From contig CAWAHW010000001.1 of the NCBI GenBank assembly GCA_963781885.1, positions 224,001 through 288,000 of the forward strand: a stretch of DNA of 64,000 bases, written 5' to 3'. The DNA is from an uncultured Spirochaetota bacterium. GTDB lineage: Bacteria; Spirochaetota; Spirochaetia; SZUA-6; Fen-1364. A program made the translations under genes and the position numbers. Shown one piece after another: positions 58,449 through 64,000 of the stretch; positions within the stretch are counted from its first letter, which is position 1; the number at the start of each line of letters is the position of its first letter. Below the pieces are notes generated by a model. The model saw only the letters and a list, made by a program, of their open reading frames with translations, had not been told where the DNA came from and searched no databases.

Positions 58449-60271
58449 ATGGGCATGGAGAGTTTCCGCCACTTCGATGCGCGCGCGCTGGTGGACGTCG
58501 CCATGGGGCGTCGCGCCGCGGACATCGTGCTCCATGACGGCCGCTGGGTCTGCGTGCAATCCGGGGAAATCGTGCCCCATACGGACGTGGCGATCGTGGA
58601 GGGCCGCATCGCGTACGTGGGCAGCGACGCGCGCCATTGCATCGGGCCGGAAACGACGCTGATCGAGGCAGGCGGCCGGCACCTCGTCCGGGGCTCCTGG
58701 ACGGCCACATGCACGTGGAGTCGGGCATGCTCACGGTCAGCGAGTTCGTCCGGGCCGTGCTGCCGCATGGAACGACCGGCATGTTCGTCGACCCCCACGA
58801 GATTGCGAATGTCCTGGGGCTGCGCGGGGTGCGCTACATGGTGGACGAAGCCGGCCGACAGCCCATTCACGTCTTCGTGCAGGTGCCAAGCTGCGTGCCC
58901 TCGGCGCCCGGCCTGGAAACTCCCGGCGCGGTGATCGGTCCCGCGGACGTGGAGGAAGCCCTGACCTGGCCGGGCATCATCGGGCTGGGGGAGATGATGA
59001 ACTTTCCCGGGGTCATCGCGGGAAACGACAAGTTGCACGCGGAGATGGCGGCGACGCGCCGCGCGGAAAAGGTGATCGGCGGTCACTATGCATCGCCCGA
59101 CCTGGGAAATGCCTTCCACGCCTACGCGGCGGCCGGGGCCCAGGACGATCACGAGGGGACCCGGCCGGAAGACGCCCTGGCGCGCATCCGGCAGGGCATG
59201 CACGTCATGCTCCGCTATGGATCGGCGTGGCACGACGTGGCAGCCCAGATCCCCGTCATCCGGCAGCAGGGGCTCTCCGCGCGGCATTTCATCCTCTGTA
59301 CGGATGACTCCCACTCCCAGACCCTCGTGAGCGAGGGCCACATGGACAGGGTCCTGCGGCATGCCATCTCCCAGGGCCTTCCGCCCATGGACGCCGTGCA
59401 AATGGCCACTCTCAATACCGCCGAACATTTCGGTGTGGCGCGCGACATGGGGCAGATCGCACCCGGCCGATTCGCCGACGTGCTCCTGGTGCCCGACCTG
59501 GCTGACTTCCATGCGGAGCTCGTGATCGCGCGCGGGCGGGTCGCCGCCGAAAAGGGGAGCCTGCTGCTGGAGCTTCCCACCGTCGCTGCCCCAAGCTGGG
59601 CGCGGGACTCCGTGCACCTCGGCCGGGTCGTCATGCCGTCCGATTTCCGTCTGGACGGTCGTCGATTCGGCGCAACGGCGTCCGCGCACGTCATCGGCGT
59701 GATCGAGAACCAGGCGCCCACCCGGCATCTGCACGTGGACGTGCCCGTGCAGGATGGCGAGGTGCGGGCCGATCCGTCGCGCGACCTTGCCAAAATCGCG
59801 CTCCTGGACAGGCATCACGCCTCGGGCGCGATGCAGGTCGCCTTCGTGCAGGGATTCGGGTTCACGGCCCGGTGCGCCGTGGCGACGACCGTGGCCCACG
59901 ACTGCCACCAGATGATCGTCGTGGGCACCGACGATGCGGACATGGCGACCGCGGCAAACGAGCTGGCCGCCTGCAAGGGCGGGCAGGTCGTCATCCGGGA
60001 CGGAGAAGTGATCGGCAAGGTGAGCCTCCCGGTCGCCGGCCTCATGTCCGATCAACCGGCGCCCGTCGTGGCGCAGGCCGCGGCTTCCGTTCTGCAAGGA
60101 TTCGCAGCGTGCGGCTGCCGGCTTTCCAACCCCAACATGCAGCTGAGTCTCCTGGGACTCGTCGTGATCCCCGAGCTCCGGCTCTCCGACAAGGGCCTGA
60201 TCGACGTGCGTCGCTTCGAGATCATCCCGCTGCTGGAGCAGGCAGGCGATGCGCGCGCGCAGGCAGACTGA
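58449..60271 (+). pseudogene. ade: Adenine deaminase, frameshift near 58690
   Basis: N-terminus (VAMGRRAADIVL...AGGRHLV) in one frame; PGLLDGHMHVES, DPHEIANV, EMMNFPGV, DHE, CTDD, AHDCH in another; one base missing. Confidence 0.9.
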
Positions 60272-60334
60272 TGTTGCCGCCGCGGAACCGCTCCTTGACC
60301 GCGCGGGAAGGCGTACCTACATTTTCAGGACCCC

Positions 60335-60901
60335 ATGAGACCGTTTTTCAATTCTCTTGCAGAGTCGACCAGCTCCACGTGGCGGCTGCTCTCCGACACG
60401 ACGAACTACCTGAGCAGGGTCAAGCTCCTGGAATCCTACGAGACGGAGCTTCGTCAGTGGCGGGCGCTGCTTTCCCAGAAACGCACCGACCCGCAGGTCT
60501 TTCGCAGCGTGCGCCAGGAAATCGTTGCCCTTCGCCGCCTTCTGCGCGAGCAGGGCTACGATCTGCGGCTGGGATCGAGGGACATCGCGCTGGAGGGATT
60601 TCGCGCCGACGACGCAATGGGGGAAGGATTTCAGCGCATCGTCATCGGCGTGGCAGACGATGACGTCTACTACGTCGCGGGCGCGGCGAACCACATCGAG
60701 CTGGATGGAATGCTGAACGCCCAGTGCCGGCAGAAGCGCGCCTGCAAGCCATACCGGCCCCACTACCTGTGGTATCGCTGGAGAAACAACGTGCTGGTGC
60801 TCTCCGGTGCGGCATCAGAGACCGCTGAAATGTTCGAGGAGCTGAAGGTCTGGTTCGGCCCCAACCGGGAGCTGCTCTTGAAGAAGCTGTCCCGGCTTTG
60901 A
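60335..60901 (+). CDS. Hypothetical protein
   Basis: 188-aa ORF with typical codon usage. Confidence 0.75.
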   Translation: MRPFFNSLAESTSSTWRLLSDTTNYLSRVKLLESYETELRQWRALLSQKRTDPQVFRSVRQEIVALRRLLREQGYDLRLGSRDIALEGFRADDAMGEGFQRIVIGVADDDVYYVAGAANHIELDGMLNAQCRQKRACKPYRPHYLWYRWRNNVLVLSGAASETAEMFEELKVWFGPNRELLLKKLSRL

Positions 60902-60926
60902 AGGCGCGCCCGCAGCCGAAGACCGC

Positions 60927-62285
60927 CTACCGCGAGGCGTCCTGGAGCTGTCGGTAGGCGTCCGTACTGTCCAGCGCGTCGTTGTCCTGGGCGTAGTCAA
61001 AGGCGGTCTTTCCGTCACCGTCCTGCACTTTCACGTCCGCACCGGCCTTCAGGAGGGCGGTGATCACCTCGGGGTTCTCGCTGTTGTCCGCGGCGTATAT
61101 CAGGACTGTTTTGCCGTCCTGGTCCTGCGCCTTCAGATCCGCGCCCGCTTTCAGGAGCGTCCTGATCACCTCGGGATTCCTGTTTCCCTCCGCGGCGTAC
61201 ATCAGCACGGTCTCGCCATTCTCGTCCGCGGCTTTCAGGTCCGCGCCCGCCTTCAACAGCGTCGTAATCACGTCAGGATTCCTGTTGTTCCCCGCCGCAT
61301 ACATCAGGACCGTCTTTCCACTCCCATCCGGAGCCTTGAGGTCCGCGCGTTTCTTGAGGAGAGCGTTGATCACCGCGGGGTCCCGATTGTTCTCCGCGGC
61401 GTACATCAGCACGGTCTCCCCGCTCTTGTCTTTCGCCAGGGGATCCGCGCCCGCCTGAAGCAGGGCCGTCATGACGCCAGGATTCTTGTCGTTGTCGGAA
61501 GCGTACATGAGCACGGTCTTCCCGCTCTTGTCCTGCGCCTTGGGATCCGCGCCCGCCTTCAAAATTGCCGCAATGACTCCCGGATCCTCGTTGCTGCCGA
61601 CCGCATGCATCAGGACGGTCTCTCCATCCTCGTCTTGGGCGTTGACGTCCGCGCCTTTGGTGATGGCGGCCTGCACATCCTCGAGCGTTCCGTTCTCCAC
61701 AAGGTCGAAAAAGTCGTTTGCCTTCGCGGTGTCGTCCGTGGAAGGCGCCGCCTGCTGAAGCTGTCCATAGGCGTCGGTGCCCTTCAAGGCGTCGTTGTCC
61801 TGCGCATATTCAAAGACGGTTTTTCCGTCATTGTCCTTCGCGGCGGCGTCGGCGCCCGCCTTCAGAAGCGCGACGACCGTCCCGGGCTCCTGGTTTCCCT
61901 CCGCGGCGTACATCAGCGCGGTCTCGCCGTTTTCGTCCTGCGCCTCGAGGTCCGCGCCGGCCGTCAGGAGTGTGGCGATCACCTCCGGGTTCGGGTTGCT
62001 CTCCGCGGCATACATAAGCGCGGTCTCGCCGCTCTCGTCCTGGGCTTTCAGGTCTGCGCCGGCCTTCAGAAGCGCCGCGATCACGCCCGGGTCCTTGTTG
62101 CTGGCGGCGGCGTACATCAGCATCGTCTCGCCGTTTTCATCATGGGCATTTACCTTGGCGCCCTTGGCGATGGCTGCCTTCACCTGCTGCGCGGTGCCGC
62201 TGCTTGCAAGGTCAGTGAATGTCTGCTGCGCGCCAATCGCGGTCGCCGCAGAGAAGATGAGCAAGACGACAAAAAGCCGTTTCAT
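60927..62285 (-). CDS. Secreted ankyrin-repeat protein
   Basis: Signal peptide; ~10 G(E/K)T(A/V)LMYAA...LLKAGAD repeats of ~34 aa. Confidence 0.96.
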   Translation of the reverse strand: MKRLFVVLLIFSAATAIGAQQTFTDLASSGTAQQVKAAIAKGAKVNAHDENGETMLMYAAASNKDPGVIAALLKAGADLKAQDESGETALMYAAESNPNPEVIATLLTAGADLEAQDENGETALMYAAEGNQEPGTVVALLKAGADAAAKDNDGKTVFEYAQDNDALKGTDAYGQLQQAAPSTDDTAKANDFFDLVENGTLEDVQAAITKGADVNAQDEDGETVLMHAVGSNEDPGVIAAILKAGADPKAQDKSGKTVLMYASDNDKNPGVMTALLQAGADPLAKDKSGETVLMYAAENNRDPAVINALLKKRADLKAPDGSGKTVLMYAAGNNRNPDVITTLLKAGADLKAADENGETVLMYAAEGNRNPEVIRTLLKAGADLKAQDQDGKTVLIYAADNSENPEVITALLKAGADVKVQDGDGKTAFDYAQDNDALDSTDAYRQLQDASR

Positions 62286-62451
62286 CCGAACCTCTCAATC
62301 CCACACGGTGAGTGTGGTGAACGTTGTGATGTGTCTCCTCGCTGCCTGCTGCGGGACTCATACAAGAACGCTCGACCGGGCGGCAGCATCAAAGTCATCG
62401 GGCTCCACGATAGCACCCCTGTTAGGGGAAAGGAATGAATCAATGCGCCAA

Positions 62452-63714
62452 TCATTGCGTCGGGTGGCCCGGGGCAGCGGAGGGCCCCCTCTGCAGCCGC
62501 TCCAGGTAGCGGAAGGTGATCCGCATGCACGCCTCGATGACCGAAGGCTCGATGTGCTCCACGGTATCGCGCGCGGTGTGGTAGACCAGGTCGGGTCGCA
62601 CGAGCTCCGTGGGCATTGCAATGATGGTGGCGGCTTCGATACCCCGGCGAGCGCTTTCCGCAGCGTCCGTGCCCCCCGCGCCAAAAATCATGCCGAACGG
62701 CCGCATCTGAAGGCCCTCGGCCGCGGCGCTTTGCACGAGCTCGTCCGCCATGCTGCGGGAGAGCGGAACCGTCCCGTTGACGTCGCTCACGAGACATTGC
62801 AGGTCGCGAAGGTTGTAGAGTGAATCGAAGTTGAGGTGGTGGCAGGGAAGCTGAAGCAGCTCGGCCGCATGCACGCGAAACCACGCCGCCGCGCCCCGCA
62901 GCCCCGCTTCCTCGGCGTCGAAGCTCACGATGCGAAGCCTCGTTCCTTTCAGGCGCGACCTGTCGCCGGCAAGGTCGCGGGCAAGACGCGCCACCATCAC
63001 CGAGGAGACGAGATTGTCCCCGGCGCCCGGGCTTCCCCGGCGCGTCGCGACGAGGAGAAAGTAGCCCACGGTCGCCGGCAGGCCCGCGGCAAGCAGCGCG
63101 AAGACCCAGGCGGGCGGCGGCGCGAAAGCGCCGGCCAGCCGGGCAACGACCACGGCAAGCGCAAAAAGGAAGAAGGCGTAAGGCAGAAAGATCGCCAGGA
63201 CATAGAACCGGGCAAAGGGGCCGTCGAATATGCGCGCAACGGGCGCGCTGTCATGGTGGCCCGAGAGTATGAGCTCTCGCTGCGCGGGGCCTTCCGGTTC
63301 GATGACGGCCGACACATTCCATCCGGTGCGGCGCGGAAAGAGAAAATCCGGGACGTGCACGTAGAAGGCGAACTGGCAGAGCATGACGAGCATGCCCGCA
63401 GTCAGTGCAAACGCGGCAATGACGGCGAATACCGGCGGGAAAAAGAGCGACGCGATTGCCAGGAAATAGGAGACGGGCAGGATCTTGGTGTACGAATAGA
63501 AAGAACCGGGATGCACCCTGAAGGGCTCCAGGCGTGCCGCGCCGCAGGAAAGCGCGAGTGAGTCCCTGATCGCCTCGGCCGTTGCGTGAGAGGCTGCGCT
63601 TCCCGGCAGGCGCGGACCGAAGCGGCGGATGAGTTCCCCGGTTTCCGCCAGGCATTCGCGCGCGGCCTCGGAGACCCACGACCGGTCGCGCGGTGGCTGC
63701 GGGGGCTGCATCAA
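62452..63714 (-). CDS. M28 family membrane metallopeptidase
   Basis: SGHHDS, PGAGDN, DAEEAGLRG, GTD, YHTARD. Confidence 0.9.
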   Translation of the reverse strand: MMQPPQPPRDRSWVSEAARECLAETGELIRRFGPRLPGSAASHATAEAIRDSLALSCGAARLEPFRVHPGSFYSYTKILPVSYFLAIASLFFPPVFAVIAAFALTAGMLVMLCQFAFYVHVPDFLFPRRTGWNVSAVIEPEGPAQRELILSGHHDSAPVARIFDGPFARFYVLAIFLPYAFFLFALAVVVARLAGAFAPPPAWVFALLAAGLPATVGYFLLVATRRGSPGAGDNLVSSVMVARLARDLAGDRSRLKGTRLRIVSFDAEEAGLRGAAAWFRVHAAELLQLPCHHLNFDSLYNLRDLQCLVSDVNGTVPLSRSMADELVQSAAAEGLQMRPFGMIFGAGGTDAAESARRGIEAATIIAMPTELVRPDLVYHTARDTVEHIEPSVIEACMRITFRYLERLQRGPSAAPGHPTQ

Positions 63715-64000
63715 TGCCCCAGGACCCGGTGCGGCCTGTAGGGTGCCTCCAGGGAAGCGACCTGGTCGGCGGAGAGCCTGATGGAAAGCGCCTCCACGGC
63801 CTGCTCGAGATGCTCCATACGGCTTGCCCCGACGATGGGGGCCGTGACGTACGGCTTGGAAAGCATCCAGGCAAGCGCGGTCTGCGGCAGGCTCCGCCCC
63901 ACGTCCGCCGCAACGCCCTTCAGCCTCTCCACGACCGCAAAATCATCCTCCTGGTAGTACATGCGCTGGGCGAACTCATCCGACTTGCCGCGGGTCGTGC
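63711..64000 (-). CDS. Aldo/keto reductase, 3' part only
   Basis: QTALAWML, PIVGASRMEHLE, LEAPYRPH. Confidence 0.9.
   Translation of the reverse strand, partial: TTRGKSDEFAQRMYYQEDDFAVVERLKGVAADVGRSLPQTALAWMLSKPYVTAPIVGASRMEHLEQAVEALSIRLSADQVASLEAPYRPHRVLGH

Noticed and set aside
58680-58700. Programmed ribosomal frameshift in adenine deaminase (and the other split genes)
   Set aside because: No slippery heptamer or stimulatory structure seen; scattered indels across unrelated genes fit sequencing error better.
60927-62200. Regularly spaced ~102-bp DNA repeats resembling an array
   Set aside because: These are in-frame ankyrin coding repeats; no unique spacers or cas genes, so not CRISPR.

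Overview
High-GC (roughly 65% by eye) bacterial chromosome segment, probably Spirochaetia. The lineage is inferred from the omptin-like gene, split purH, spirochaete-like hypothetical genes and lipoproteins. Contents: (i) an alpha-glucoside-type ABC/LacI/GH65 operon; (ii) KamA, a J-domain-like protein, and GH2 and GH38 glycosidases; (iii) an RRM gene with a ~355-nt leader, glnS and small stress/regulatory genes; (iv) a 13.5-kb DeoR-linked sugar operon (transketolase, fucose-isomerase family, Zn dehydrogenase, FGGY kinase, ABC, two URO-D/MtaA-family proteins, oxidoreductase); (v) fumarase, omptin, lipoproteins and a membrane cyclase; (vi) a C1/purine cluster (AcsE-like, archaeal-type SHMT, split purH); (vii) a nested mobile-element stack at 54052-57318; (viii) purine salvage, ankyrin, M28 peptidase and AKR genes. 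The strongest finding is an IS110/IS1111-type recombinase inserted at a CT core inside the terminal inverted repeat of a 120-bp MITE. Its 3' non-coding end contains a readable bridge/seek-RNA-like structure, with segments matching both the MITE end (target) and the element's own circle junction (donor). At least six genes carry 1-2 bp indels, most likely assembly errors. No rRNA, tRNA or CRISPR array was seen. All calls come from motif recognition by eye; no searches were run.
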